A DNA stretch of 59,012 nt from a virus (lineage: Duplodnaviria > Caudoviricetes). Shown piece after piece: positions 20,401-28,777 of the stretch. Position numbers and translations under genes: made by a program. How positions within the stretch are numbered: position 1 is the stretch's first letter; each line of letters begins with the position of its first letter. The DNA lies in IMG/VR virus record IMGVR_UViG_3300048999_000041, positions 1 to 59,012 of that record. One strand, 5' to 3'. The notes under the pieces were generated by a model. It saw nothing but the letters and a program-made list of their open reading frames with translations, was not told where the DNA came from and did not search any database.

Positions 20401-22231
20401 TATGAGTTTAATGCCGATTACGCTGCCGATTACAGCGGCGGGTCTTATTATCTTGGGCGTTGCTTTAACGTCTCTCTCCGGTGTGATTGCTATCTTAGGC
20501 CACATGAAGATCGGTACTCTGGCTAAGGGTATTATTGCTATAGGAGCGGCCTTAGGCGTTCTTGCTCTTGGGCTTACGCTGATGAGTGGCTCACTTCCTG
20601 GTGCTGCCGCGTTATTGGTGGCCGCTGGGGCGTTAGCTATATTTGCGCCGACGTTGGCCGTTCTGGGCAATCTTAAGTGGGGAACGATTGGTAAGGGCTT
20701 ATTGGTAATTGCGGCCTCTATGGTGGTAATTGGCGTTACCGGTCTTGTCGCAGCTCCAGCGCTTATTGCTCTGGGTGTGGCATTAGCTATTCTTGGCGTA
20801 GGCGTTCTTGCTGTCGGAGCTGGAGTCAAGCTCATGGCCAGCGGATTTGCTTTGCTAAGTGATTCTGGAAAAGGCTTAGCCATTTTCTTGGCTTCCTTTA
20901 CAGCGTTTATCGCACTTATTCCTAAGATCATCATCGAATTTGTCAAGGGGCTTGTTGATATAGCAGATAGTATAGTTAAACTTGCTCCGCCGTTGATCAA
21001 AGCACTTGGCGAGATTATTACCATGCTTATTGCTTTGGTGATCAAAGAAGTACCGAAGTTTGCCCACGCGATCGCTATCTTTATCGGCGCGTTTACCAAC
21101 TTGATCATCAAGGAAACCCCGCGTATCGTTGCCGCGGGTTTCGGTCTTATTCTTGGGTTGTTACGCGGTCTCGATAAGAACATAGACGAGGTTACTACTC
21201 GTGCGCTAAGCATATTGACGAAATTCTTAAAGGCCTTTGCTGATGGAGCGCCTCAGCTTGTTGATGCTGGGGCTAATCTAATAGTTAAGTTCTTAGAGGG
21301 TTTTGCTAAGCATATTTCCGAGATAGCAACCAAGGGTCTGGATATTGTTTCGCAGCTTATCATCGGTATTGGCAACGGGACAGCCGATTTGATTAGAGCT
21401 GGCGGCATGATGCTCGCTCTTATAAGTCAGGGTATTGGCGAAGCGGCTTTCCATGTTATTAAGGCAGCATTTGATACCGCGACTACATTTATTAATAATG
21501 TAGTCGCCGAAATTCCTAGGCAAGTCGATAAGGTGGCCACTGGAGTAATCCGGATGATCAATCGACTGGCTAAGGTGGTTAGGAAACGAGAGCCTGAATT
21601 TATAGGTGCTGTGTTTAATGTTGGTATAGCAATTGCTGAAGGAATTATTTCCGGTCTGGCTAGATTACCGAAAATGCTGCTTGATAAGGTAAAGCACGCA
21701 TTGAGTTTCTTGCCTGGACCGATTAAGGATTTCTTTCATCTAAATCTAGATTCTCCAGATAAGGCTGATAATAGACTTCTTAACCTTCCTTCGAAGCCGA
21801 TAAGCCCATTTAAGCCACCATCTGGTTTAGGCAAATTGCCGCCACCAAAGAAGAGCACTAGAGCAGTTAAATCGTCAATTGAGGCAGTTAAATCGGCATT
21901 CCCCGACCTTAGAAATCTACAACCAACGATCACTCCAGTTCTGGATCTAAGTTCGGTTCACAAAGAAGCTAAGAAAATGCCGCGCATGGTGGCTCCGACT
22001 GGACTATCTGCTGACGCTACACTTCGTCATGCCCGGGCTATATTGGCCCAGACAGAACTTGCGGCTAAAGTGCGTGCCGAAGCACCTAAGAAGGCGGCGA
22101 CCCCCTCGGTCAGTTTCGTACAGAACAACCACTCTCCGGAGGCGTTGTCTGAACGCGAGATCTATCGACGGACACAGAATCAGCTCTCTAAGATAAAGAA
22201 AGAGATGCGAAAGCATCACGCAAAGAATTGA
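17459..22231 (+). CDS. Tape measure protein
   Basis: ~1590 aa (ATG 17459 overlapping upstream TAA), tape-measure motif LNTYANKTVYNFSEM, long Ala/Gly/hydrophobic repeats. Confidence 0.95.
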   Translation: MPSIDERIVSIAFENRKFESAVNETMRTLDKLESALQKVGAKNSLADIEKSANKVTLTQPMSALDKLKTRLFGAGSGASKGMSDIEKAGGKVTLSQPLSALGRIRSESAQVGSDAARGFGEIERSSGRITLSNLTGALDSVTAKFSILRGAAAVALGNIATRAIATGTQVLKSLTLAPVMEGFHNYETQINAVQTIMANTGLTGKKGLGQVQKALNNLNTYANKTVYNFSEMARNIGTFTAAGVDLKTAVGSIKGIANLAALSGSTSQQASSAMYQLSQAIAAGRVNLQDWNSVVNAGIGGKVFQKALANTAVAMGTLKDGSVKMVGPMKKLNVQGLTFRQSIQSKPGKNSWLTSEVLTNTLKQFTGDMSKAQLKAQGFTDAQIGDIQKQGKVATDAATKIKTITQLMQALKEEVASAWATIFKTIFGNIFEARKLFSKLHNVVQNALTKPIYAMNRVLQGWVKLGGRIQLLDALKQGAKDIGAIIKPIKAAFRDIFPPTTARQLFSITKRFHDLMERLKIGPKTADNLRRTFRGFFALLDVGRKIISGIVGAFLHMFGTLGHGAGGFLSFTATVGDALVVFRDWLTQGDRLKKFFATLATVLAAPAKLISGLLHALGKFFNSDIGSNTADSLNKLNTALDPTARLAQVAQKAWSGLTAILKTVAKFLHPVIQAVGDGLSKVGHLIANAFNSGNVDKLLAGVQVGLIGGIFLAIKKAIGGGVGFNFKAEVGGLSKALGIMTTSLTSMQRAVQAATLLEIAAAVGLLAISVAILAKIDDKKIASSMTAMSIGLGQLVGAMYILGRTSGKGVGFAKLPVIAAAMILLATALGILTTTMLIMAQMDWQQIGKGLAGVTGLLFGLSIAVQPLSKASPTLVLTSTGLIAVGAALVIIAGAMKIFATMQWVDIAKGLAGVAGGLIAIGVGMKLLGPQTLLIGPGLIAVSIALNILAASMKIFATMKWEDLAKGVAAIAGSLVAIGLAMSLMPITLPITAAGLIILGVALTSLSGVIAILGHMKIGTLAKGIIAIGAALGVLALGLTLMSGSLPGAAALLVAAGALAIFAPTLAVLGNLKWGTIGKGLLVIAASMVVIGVTGLVAAPALIALGVALAILGVGVLAVGAGVKLMASGFALLSDSGKGLAIFLASFTAFIALIPKIIIEFVKGLVDIADSIVKLAPPLIKALGEIITMLIALVIKEVPKFAHAIAIFIGAFTNLIIKETPRIVAAGFGLILGLLRGLDKNIDEVTTRALSILTKFLKAFADGAPQLVDAGANLIVKFLEGFAKHISEIATKGLDIVSQLIIGIGNGTADLIRAGGMMLALISQGIGEAAFHVIKAAFDTATTFINNVVAEIPRQVDKVATGVIRMINRLAKVVRKREPEFIGAVFNVGIAIAEGIISGLARLPKMLLDKVKHALSFLPGPIKDFFHLNLDSPDKADNRLLNLPSKPISPFKPPSGLGKLPPPKKSTRAVKSSIEAVKSAFPDLRNLQPTITPVLDLSSVHKEAKKMPRMVAPTGLSADATLRHARAILAQTELAAKVRAEAPKKAATPSVSFVQNNHSPEALSEREIYRRTQNQLSKIKKEMRKHHAKN

Positions 22232-22315
22232 AAAAGCTCAAAAACCCCGGGGGATGTTTTCTAACAAACATTCTTCGGGGGGCTGAGCGGGTCTAAGCCG
22301 AGAGGAGGTGTTTAC

Positions 22316-22708
22316 GTGAATCATAAAGCACATTTCAAAGGCGGCATTCAGGTTGACGGGGATATTGTTGATAAGCAGGGTGCATCTTTAGTTTCTTCTG
22401 GTGGTGGAGCGTTAACGGTTGGCGATCCTAGCTATCCGGATCCAGCAGCGACAGGACAAGTAAATGGCACGGATCGTTTTGATGTGGGCGATAAGCCAGT
22501 GATGGTCTATATTTACTGCGGAGGGTTGGCGATGACCTTGGCGATGTCAGAGTCATCGGATGTTGGATACGGAAACATTTTTGCAGTCGGTAACGGAGGC
22601 CCAACACGTGATATCGTGAGTTTTTTCGTTCCCGCTGGTGGTCGGTACTGGGTGGGCGTTGAGGGAGGTTTTGCAAACTATACCGCAATTGAGATTCCGA
22701 TTGGGTAG
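22316..22708 (+). CDS. QVDGDIV-family paralog 3
   Basis: GTG start after AGGAGG; MNHKAHFKGGIQVDGDIVDKQG. Confidence 0.7.
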   Translation: MNHKAHFKGGIQVDGDIVDKQGASLVSSGGGALTVGDPSYPDPAATGQVNGTDRFDVGDKPVMVYIYCGGLAMTLAMSESSDVGYGNIFAVGNGGPTRDIVSFFVPAGGRYWVGVEGGFANYTAIEIPIG

Positions 22709-22765
22709 TTGTGAAAGGCTACGAGTTCGATTTACACTCAATCGTAAAAGAAAGGAGGCAATATT

Positions 22766-23674
22766 GTGTTAACTCAAGTAGTCAATTTCGGCCCGCCTGA
22801 TTTGGGCCTAGCCGGTTACGTAATGCCTGTGTTGTCTCCTGGTGAGAACGGTATGTTTATCGATCATATCGATGGGCTAGGTCCGGTAGACGACAATATT
22901 ATCACCAAGGCGTTTGGTAATGGTTCGGGTGAGTATTTTGTCGGAAGACAGCGTGGTAAGAGAAATATTGTCTTGCATTTTGGTTTCGAATCTCGTGGGC
23001 ATGATGTTGCCGCCGCTCGTAACGAGCTGATTAGAACTTTTTATACTGTTGGTAGTACCACATCCTTACTTCGATTTATATTTGATGATGGGGCTTCGGT
23101 AGACATTGAAGGATATTTAGAGACCGAAGAAAGCGATATGTTCGCTTCAGATTCGGAATGCACCCTTTCGATAATCTGTCCCAAACCGAATTTCCGTTCA
23201 ACGACAATGTCGTTAGCTACTGGTGTTACCGATCACGACCCGGATCTGACTGATTTAACAAACTTAGGTAATCGTGAAACAGGTATTGCCGTTAGACTTA
23301 TTCCTCTTGTTGGTCATGAGGATTTGTTTGCTAATGATGTAATTTACGAAACAAAAATTGCTACGGCAACTCCTGGGGTATTTCATACCATAAACCGATT
23401 GCATATAAACGCGCAAACTTCAGATTTGCCAGACCCTATGCAACCTGGCGAAGAGTTCTGGATTGATACTCGTTTAGGTAAGAAGAGCGTTTATATTTAC
23501 ACTCCGTCAACGGGTGCGGTCAGAAATGCTATGCGAGGGATGACTAGCGATTCGACTTGGCCTAAGCTGTATCCTGGTACCAGTAAATTTAGCGTCGCTA
23601 TTGATTACTGGGCCCAAGGAGTCCACCCAATGGACTGGACGGCTTACTGGTATGATGAATATGGGTCAATCTGA
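22766..23674 (+). CDS. Distal tail protein (Dit)-like minor tail protein
   Basis: IDGLGPVD, RNIVLHF, IEGYLE, ICPKPNF, WPKLYPG motifs; after tape measure. Confidence 0.8.
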   Translation: MLTQVVNFGPPDLGLAGYVMPVLSPGENGMFIDHIDGLGPVDDNIITKAFGNGSGEYFVGRQRGKRNIVLHFGFESRGHDVAAARNELIRTFYTVGSTTSLLRFIFDDGASVDIEGYLETEESDMFASDSECTLSIICPKPNFRSTTMSLATGVTDHDPDLTDLTNLGNRETGIAVRLIPLVGHEDLFANDVIYETKIATATPGVFHTINRLHINAQTSDLPDPMQPGEEFWIDTRLGKKSVYIYTPSTGAVRNAMRGMTSDSTWPKLYPGTSKFSVAIDYWAQGVHPMDWTAYWYDEYGSI

Positions 23675-25275
23675 TGTTACTTTATCCTCTTGATCCAATT
23701 ACGTTTGATAGAATCGCGGTCATCGAAGAGTATGAATCGTGTGTCTGGACGGAAAGATTTATTGAAGCGGGAGACTTTACTCTGGTTCTCGCCGAAGTTA
23801 ATCCTCACGCAGCATTATTACGTGGCGGAACCGTGATCGAGAATGGGGATTCCGAGTTTCCCATGCTCATTGAGGGAATAGAACGGGCAGATGGTTCTCT
23901 TACGATTACTGGACGAACTATCGAAACGTTTTTTAATGAAATAAGTCTTAGTCCGAAAGACTATGATGGCGAAGACCCCTCAGCCGTCTATTTCTATGAG
24001 GGGTCTACCGGAGATACGCTTATACATTTTGTTCATTTACTGCAGAATGATGATGCGGCTCTTGAGTTTCCTGGGTTCTTTGTTTCGACGACAGAGCTCG
24101 ATCAAGCCGACGACGGCAGTACAGTAGATGGCAAAGTGATCGACCGAGAGTATGGTCACGACTTATTACTTCGCCTTGCTCATCGATACAATGTCGATAT
24201 TTACATCAAACGCGTTGAAGACCTTAGTAATGAAGCAAACGGGCCAGGCACGTACAAGTTTGCTTGGGGCAGCAGAACCTCGGTAAACCGAAGCACTACG
24301 GACACGTTGGGAAGCGTTGAGGTACGTTTTTCTCCGGAAGACGACAATTTGATTGACGTCCAAGAGGCCTATGACGCTACCGCAGACGTTTCGGCCATGG
24401 TCGTTAGAGTTCCCGAGCACTTCACCAAAGAGGGAAGTATTGGTGATGGCGTTTCTACGGTAATGTATGGATATAGGCCGTCTGTTGGACACAACGATTT
24501 CTTGATCTCCTTAGCTAGTTTGCAAAAACCGCCCCTTGAGATACGAATCAAGGAGGCCGATAGCGAGAAATTAACCGTTGAATATCTACGAGATCAGCTT
24601 TGGCGATATTACCCAGGAGATACCCGGGATGATTGGTCTTCTTTAACCAAGGCAGAAAAGTCAGATGTTCTGTTACAAGAGATGCAGAGACTTGCTATAG
24701 GGGAGTTCAACAAGGCTCAGCGGTTACGAGGGCATGTCATAGATGGTGAAGTTGTGTCTGATACATATACATATGGGGTACATTACAAATTGGGCGATAA
24801 AGTCTCTGTTACCAGCGGCCTTACTCCTAACATCCCGTATAGCGTGACTGAAAAGCAAGTAAACGAGTTCATTCGATCGGTAGACGACACTGGAACTAGA
24901 GCTTATCCTACTCTTGCCCCTATAACTACTGCAGCCCAGTATACCAGTAGCTCGCACGAAATAAACTATCCGAAATCTACGTATGTTGATCATACCTTTT
25001 CTATCAATGGTAAATTACCCGCGACGCTTGGTGTGTTATCGCCACATAAAATAAAAGTTAAAAAGGGTGAAACCAAACAACTCGTAGATATAAGTCAAAC
25101 TGGACCAGACGAAGGCTCGTGTAGCTTAGACTTTCTTCTCAATGGTGACTATATTGACATATCGGATTTGCCTATTACTCTTGCTGATGGCGATCTGATT
25201 ACCATTGATGCGTCGGATCATAGTTCTGATGCCAACAACGTATCCGGCCATTTCACTCTTAGGATAAAAGAATGA
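23674..25275 (+). CDS. Minor tail protein (ReqiPepy6 Gp37-like baseplate hub)
   Basis: YESCVWTERFIEAGDF, YGVHYKLGDKV, EFIRSVD...YPTL motifs. Confidence 0.8.
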   Translation: MLLYPLDPITFDRIAVIEEYESCVWTERFIEAGDFTLVLAEVNPHAALLRGGTVIENGDSEFPMLIEGIERADGSLTITGRTIETFFNEISLSPKDYDGEDPSAVYFYEGSTGDTLIHFVHLLQNDDAALEFPGFFVSTTELDQADDGSTVDGKVIDREYGHDLLLRLAHRYNVDIYIKRVEDLSNEANGPGTYKFAWGSRTSVNRSTTDTLGSVEVRFSPEDDNLIDVQEAYDATADVSAMVVRVPEHFTKEGSIGDGVSTVMYGYRPSVGHNDFLISLASLQKPPLEIRIKEADSEKLTVEYLRDQLWRYYPGDTRDDWSSLTKAEKSDVLLQEMQRLAIGEFNKAQRLRGHVIDGEVVSDTYTYGVHYKLGDKVSVTSGLTPNIPYSVTEKQVNEFIRSVDDTGTRAYPTLAPITTAAQYTSSSHEINYPKSTYVDHTFSINGKLPATLGVLSPHKIKVKKGETKQLVDISQTGPDEGSCSLDFLLNGDYIDISDLPITLADGDLITIDASDHSSDANNVSGHFTLRIKE

Positions 25276-25312
25276 ACTGGTGTATTCAACATTTCGGGGA
25301 AAGGAGGGCAAT

Positions 25313-25549
25313 GTGAACAAGCAGACTTATGATTCTTGGTCTAGATTTTTAGCATTCCTCCTTAAGCTGATTGGTCTTTTCGGCATCGTGTTCGTGGTTG
25401 CTTTCTGGGCAGCTACCGGAAGAGTAGAATTAGCTTTCTTACCGTTTTTTGGAGCGGTGGCAGGAGTTGGCCAAGGATTAGACGTATTAAAGGAGATTTC
25501 TGAAAATAAACAACCGGCGGCAAAGGAGACGGGGCGATTAACCAAATGA
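25313..25549 (+). CDS. Small membrane protein (lysis cassette)
   Basis: GTG 25313 after AAGGAGG; two hydrophobic segments. Confidence 0.65.
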   Translation: MNKQTYDSWSRFLAFLLKLIGLFGIVFVVAFWAATGRVELAFLPFFGAVAGVGQGLDVLKEISENKQPAAKETGRLTK

Positions 25550-25716
25550 CACCCAGAACACGTTTGCATTTAAGTTTAGCAATCGTTTTTATTTCGATGA
25601 TCTTTGGATTTCTCGTGCTTTGGGAAAGGGATCTTGCCGCCGACGTTGTCCTTTGGTACGTGCCAACGGTTATAACCATGATTCTTTTCATCGACTTATG
25701 GAAACGCGATACATGA
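25546..25716 (+). CDS. Small membrane protein (56 aa, not in ORF track)
   Basis: ATGA overlaps at both ends; two hydrophobic segments. Confidence 0.6.
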   Translation: MTPRTRLHLSLAIVFISMIFGFLVLWERDLAADVVLWYVPTVITMILFIDLWKRDT

Positions 25717-26129
25717 CTAAATCCGAACTCAACCGGCGCTCGGGCGACGAGCGCAGAACAGAAATTGCTAAGAAGATTATAGATACGGAAAACACGGCTA
25801 ATCGGGTTTCGCGTCTGGTTGTCTTTTGTCTAGTTTCAGTAATGATGTTAGTTGTTTATGTGTTAGTTACAGAGCATGACGGTCGTCAAAGCGTAGTGAA
25901 CGCAGCTCGGATAGGCTGTGAGCGAGACAAACAAGACCGGATCGCTGCCGTAATCCTCAACGAGGATATTGTCGGTATCTTTCATGAAGCAGAAGGCCGA
26001 GCTCCGACTATTGTCAGTCCAGCGAGGGATAGACTTCTTTCTCATATCCAAACGACCAATAATGGGCTTAAATTTCGAGCTAGAGAGAATTGCGTAAAGC
26101 GTTATCCAGCGGCAAGTTGGTTTCCGTAA
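25713..26129 (+). CDS. Single-TM membrane protein
   Basis: ATG 25713 overlapping upstream stop; TM LVVFCLVSVMMLVVYVLV. Confidence 0.6.
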   Translation: MTKSELNRRSGDERRTEIAKKIIDTENTANRVSRLVVFCLVSVMMLVVYVLVTEHDGRQSVVNAARIGCERDKQDRIAAVILNEDIVGIFHEAEGRAPTIVSPARDRLLSHIQTTNNGLKFRARENCVKRYPAASWFP

Positions 26130-26165
26130 TAAGCAACTTTGGCTAAGTTCAAAATAGGAGAGTAT

Positions 26166-26498
26166 ATGATCACAGGTAAGTTATACGACATGCTTAAGTG
26201 GGTCGCACAGGTGATTTTGCCTGCTATTGCTACCCTATATTTCACTTTGGCTGGTATTTGGAATCTCCCAAATGGCCAGCAAGTGATCGGCACTATAACC
26301 GCGGTAGATTTGTTCTTAGGGCTCATTCTCGGTATCTCTCAGACGAATTTTCAAAAAACCATTGAGGATGGCGGAGAGTTAATCGTACATCCAGACGGTA
26401 AACATGTCTTCTCTATTGACAGCAATGTTGTTGACATGGACAAGATTGGTACTAAAAAAGAAGTGAGATTTAAGGTTAAAAAAGCTCCTTCTAGTTAG
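26166..26498 (+). CDS. Holin (Dp-1 family)
   Basis: YDMLKWVAQVILPAIATLYFTLAGIW...VIGTITAVDLFLGLILGIS. Confidence 0.85.
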   Translation: MITGKLYDMLKWVAQVILPAIATLYFTLAGIWNLPNGQQVIGTITAVDLFLGLILGISQTNFQKTIEDGGELIVHPDGKHVFSIDSNVVDMDKIGTKKEVRFKVKKAPSS

Positions 26499-26500
26499 TG

Positions 26501-26530
26501 TTCGCGGGCAAAACGTCGCCTATAATGAGA
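26501..26530 (+). promoter_or_regulatory. CGCG-N14-TATAAT promoter P1
   Basis: TTCGCG-ggcaaaacgtcgcc-TATAAT-GAGA. Confidence 0.85.
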
Positions 26531-26548
26531 CCCTAACTAAGGAGCTGT

Positions 26549-26836
26549 ATGTTCGTTAAGAGCCCAAACAACGCGAAGCTGGATCGAGAGATCGCAGCTC
26601 AGTTCGACAAGCTGGAGGAGCTCAGAGATAGCCCAGAAGATTATAACAACGTCGTCGCGCGCATAGCTCAGCTGGAGAAGCTCAAGTCTGATGAAGGACT
26701 GAGGCCTCTCAGCTGGGACACTGTGCTCGTCGTCGGTGCCAACATCTTCGGCATCCTCTGGCTCGCCCGCTACGAGCGTGAGAATGTGATCAAATCGCAA
26801 ACCGCACTTCGCAACGTGATAAAGCCGAGACTTTAG
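26549..26836 (+). CDS. Cassette gene, small membrane-associated protein
   Basis: Between P1 and terminator; AAGGAG RBS; DTVLVVGANIFGILWLARYE motif. Confidence 0.8.
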   Translation: MFVKSPNNAKLDREIAAQFDKLEELRDSPEDYNNVVARIAQLEKLKSDEGLRPLSWDTVLVVGANIFGILWLARYERENVIKSQTALRNVIKPRL

Positions 26837-26860
26837 TACCGCCCGAAAAAGGATCAAAAA

Positions 26861-26896
26861 GGGAGATCGTGTTAAATACATGGTCTCTCTTTTTTT
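26861..26896 (+). terminator. Intrinsic terminator
   Basis: GGGAGATCGTGT/ACATGGTCTCTC stem + T7. Confidence 0.85.
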
Positions 26897-26955
26897 GCTT
26901 TAAAAAAATCCCGGGGGACATTTTCCACAAACTAAAAGATACTGATACGCGAAAC

Positions 26956-26984
26956 TCGCGCATATTTCATCTCCTATAATGAGA
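26956..26984 (+). promoter_or_regulatory. CGCG-N14-TATAAT promoter P2
   Basis: TCGCG-catatttcatctcc-TATAAT-GAGA; preceded by AGATACTGATACGCG box at 26937. Confidence 0.85.
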
Positions 26985-27005
26985 CCCACTATATAAGGAG
27001 ATGTT

Positions 27006-27233
27006 ATGACGAAGTGGTATGCTTTGGAAGTGGCGAAGACCGACCTCCCGCTGCTCAGATTCCTGAATGACGGATCCTTCCCTAAGACCCCGACCGGTAA
27101 ATACTATTTGGTATTTGGCGTGTCACGGGACGGGAAAGAGATCACCACTCAGATTCTGACCAAGAGCGAGATGTTCAAGCGCTACGACATGGCCAACACA
27201 AGCCCATTCCTCATCGCTTTAAAAGAGATCTAA
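27006..27233 (+). CDS. Cassette gene, hypothetical
   Basis: AAGGAG RBS, flanked by P2 and terminator. Confidence 0.8.
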   Translation: MTKWYALEVAKTDLPLLRFLNDGSFPKTPTGKYYLVFGVSRDGKEITTQILTKSEMFKRYDMANTSPFLIALKEI

Positions 27234-27264
27234 AAGCCATTGCCCCTTCGGGGGCTTTGGTTTT
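27233..27264 (+). terminator. Intrinsic terminator
   Basis: GCCCC-TTCG-GGGGC hairpin + T-rich tail. Confidence 0.8.
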
Positions 27265-27267
27265 GTC

Positions 27268-27297
27268 TTCGCGCATATTTTATCTCCTATAATAGAA
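27268..27297 (+). promoter_or_regulatory. CGCG-N14-TATAAT promoter P3
   Basis: TTCGCG-catattttatctcc-TATAAT-AGAA. Confidence 0.85.
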
Positions 27298-27323
27298 TCC
27301 AACCACATCCAAAAGGAGACCCC

Positions 27324-27551
27324 ATGACCAAGAAGATCAAGCAGATCGCTTCAGCCCCGAAGAGGATCGCTTCCCACGTCTACGTTCGTCGAGGCCGTTA
27401 CGGCGTCGCAGCTGGCATCATCGCCGGTAGCGTCATCGCACGCAACCTCGACAACGAGACGTACAAGGAGGCGATCGCCTTCATCAAGCTGAAGGGACTC
27501 GACGAAGAGTTCTTCAACCCAATGGAGTACGACTGGCAGGACATGGTCTAG
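27324..27551 (+). CDS. Cassette gene, small membrane-associated protein
   Basis: ATG 27324 after AAGGAG; hydrophobic YGVAAGIIAGSVIA. Confidence 0.8.
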   Translation: MTKKIKQIASAPKRIASHVYVRRGRYGVAAGIIAGSVIARNLDNETYKEAIAFIKLKGLDEEFFNPMEYDWQDMV

Positions 27552-27556
27552 TTCAA

Positions 27557-27588
27557 AGTGCGAATCCAAAACCTGGGTTCGCATTTTT
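27557..27588 (+). terminator. Intrinsic terminator
   Basis: AGTGCGAATCCA/TGGGTTCGCATT + T run. Confidence 0.85.
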
Positions 27589-27596
27589 CCCTGCAA

Positions 27597-27626
27597 TTCG
27601 CGTAAAAAACATGTCCTATAATAGAG
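27597..27626 (+). promoter_or_regulatory. CGCG-N14-TATAAT promoter P4
   Basis: TTCGCG-taaaaaacatgtcc-TATAAT-AGAG. Confidence 0.85.
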
Positions 27627-27705
27627 GAGAAACCGAAAGGTTTTGAACCGCCTATACTATAGTCTTCCCTTCGAGATTATATTTACAACTGGCGATTTCT
27701 TTTTT
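27623..27705 (+). ncRNA. Putative small RNA 1 (promoter-driven, ORF-less)
   Basis: AAACC-GAAA-GGTTT, CGCC/GGCG, TATAGTCT/AGATTATA helices; ends in T tract; no RBS/ORF. Confidence 0.55.
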
Positions 27706-27742
27706 CTGTCATCATATTTTAAGATAAGAAAGGTAAGTCCAA

Positions 27743-27946
27743 ATGGACGTTTATATTCTGACAAACCAAAAACCGGATTGGTCGGCACCCACGGGTGCTC
27801 CTATTTCAGTCCATTTAACACTTGACGGAGCTAAGAACGCTTTCTCAGGCGGTAAGTATTTTGACAAATGGCGTACCAAAGACAACGTACGGTGGAGTGG
27901 ACCGGACGGTTTTGGCTCCATTATCAAAATGGAACTACAAGACTAG
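27743..27946 (+). CDS. Hypothetical protein
   Basis: AAAGG RBS, 67 aa. Confidence 0.65.
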   Translation: MDVYILTNQKPDWSAPTGAPISVHLTLDGAKNAFSGGKYFDKWRTKDNVRWSGPDGFGSIIKMELQD

Positions 27947-27953
27947 ATCTTTT

Positions 27954-28027
27954 GGGCCTGTAGCTCAATTGGTCAGAGCAGCAGACTCATAATCTGTCAG
28001 ATCTGGGTTCGAGTCCCAGCAGGCCTA
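27954..28027 (+). tRNA. tRNA with CAT anticodon (probably Ile2, possibly Met)
   Basis: GGGCCTG/CAGGCCT acceptor, GCAGA-CTCATAA-TCTGT anticodon arm, TTCGAGT T-loop; no encoded CCA. Confidence 0.9.
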
Positions 28028-28052
28028 TATTTATACTCAAGATAGGAGACCC

Positions 28053-28382
28053 ATGCCCATTTCCGAAGAGCAGACCATCTGGTATCCCGGTATTTACCGC
28101 GGGTTAGAGGGGGACTACGCCACTACCCTCATAGAGGTGAAGGACGATGATCTCGTTCGTCTAGTTCAGGAACGAGCTGCGATAGATGGTGAGTGGACTA
28201 TCGAGAACTGGATTGTTGGAGATAACAATGAATACTTAATGCGCAAGATGATGGCTTGGGTCAGCGATCCAAAAAACATCCATCAGTGCGCAGAAGCAAA
28301 TTTAGTCATGAACCCCACGATCGACTGGATTTGCCGAGAGCTGGCCAATGCGTCTAAGTGGCTTTTTGACCCGGATTCGTAA
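28053..28382 (+). CDS. Hypothetical protein
   Basis: AGGAG RBS, 109 aa. Confidence 0.7.
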   Translation: MPISEEQTIWYPGIYRGLEGDYATTLIEVKDDDLVRLVQERAAIDGEWTIENWIVGDNNEYLMRKMMAWVSDPKNIHQCAEANLVMNPTIDWICRELANASKWLFDPDS

Positions 28383-28404
28383 ACAAACCAGTTCAGATAT
28401 TAGC

Positions 28405-28434
28405 TCGCGGAAAATTCCTCCCATTATACGAAGA
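28405..28434 (+). promoter_or_regulatory. Degenerate CGCG-type promoter P5
   Basis: TCGCG-N15-TATACG-AAGA; preceded by CAGATATTAG box. Confidence 0.5.
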
Positions 28435-28494
28435 GGCCGGATCGACCCTGTAGAGATCCCAACACCCTTAGCGGTGCACCTCTTTTTCTTTTTT
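28430..28494 (+). ncRNA. Putative small RNA 2
   Basis: GAAGAGG/CCTCTTT closing stem, GGATC/GATCC and CACC/GGTG hairpins, long T tail. Confidence 0.5.
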
Positions 28495-28498
28495 GGAG

Positions 28499-28528
28499 TT
28501 CGCGAAAAAAACATGCCCTATAGTGAGA
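28499..28528 (+). promoter_or_regulatory. CGCG-N14-TATAGT promoter P6
   Basis: TTCGCG-aaaaaaacatgccc-TATAGT-GAGA. Confidence 0.8.
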
Positions 28529-28591
28529 CCCATAACTGAAGCTATCCCAGCTTCGACTATAATCGCGAGATTGTAGTTGGGTTTCTTCTTT
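28525..28591 (+). ncRNA. Putative small RNA 3 (three-way junction)
   Basis: GAGACCCA/TGGGTTTC closing stem, GAAGCT/AGCTTC hairpin, GACTATAATC-GCGA-GATTGTAGTT GNRA hairpin, T tail. Confidence 0.6.
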
Positions 28592-28615
28592 GTCATCTAT
28601 TGAAAGGTTTGGTCA

Positions 28616-28777
28616 GTGCAAGCTAAGACGTCTAAGCGGCTCCATAATGTTGTCATCGAGTTCGCGAACGGCGTTACTCGGACTGTGAAGGTTAAAGCCA
28701 TTTCTCGTGAGCACGCTGAGAATCGCGCGCTTAAATTTCATCCGAATGCGATTGGAATCAAGCGTAATGCGTCGTAG
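28616..28777 (+). CDS. Small basic hypothetical protein (53 aa, not in ORF track)
   Basis: GTG after GAAAGG, open to TAG 28777. Confidence 0.5.
   Translation: MQAKTSKRLHNVVIEFANGVTRTVKVKAISREHAENRALKFHPNAIGIKRNAS

Noticed and set aside
20053-21213. 386-aa minus-strand ORF
   Set aside because: Antisense shadow of the hydrophobic tape-measure repeats.
26501-28531. CRISPR-like array formed by the TTCGCG...TATAAT repeats
   Set aside because: Spacing is irregular (about 95-800 nt), the middles are degenerate and most intervals hold RBS-ORF-terminator units; no cas operon is present.
27643-28539. ORFs 27643..27825 and 28348..28539 over the small RNAs
   Set aside because: No RBS; they run through T tracts and promoters and overlap better-supported genes.
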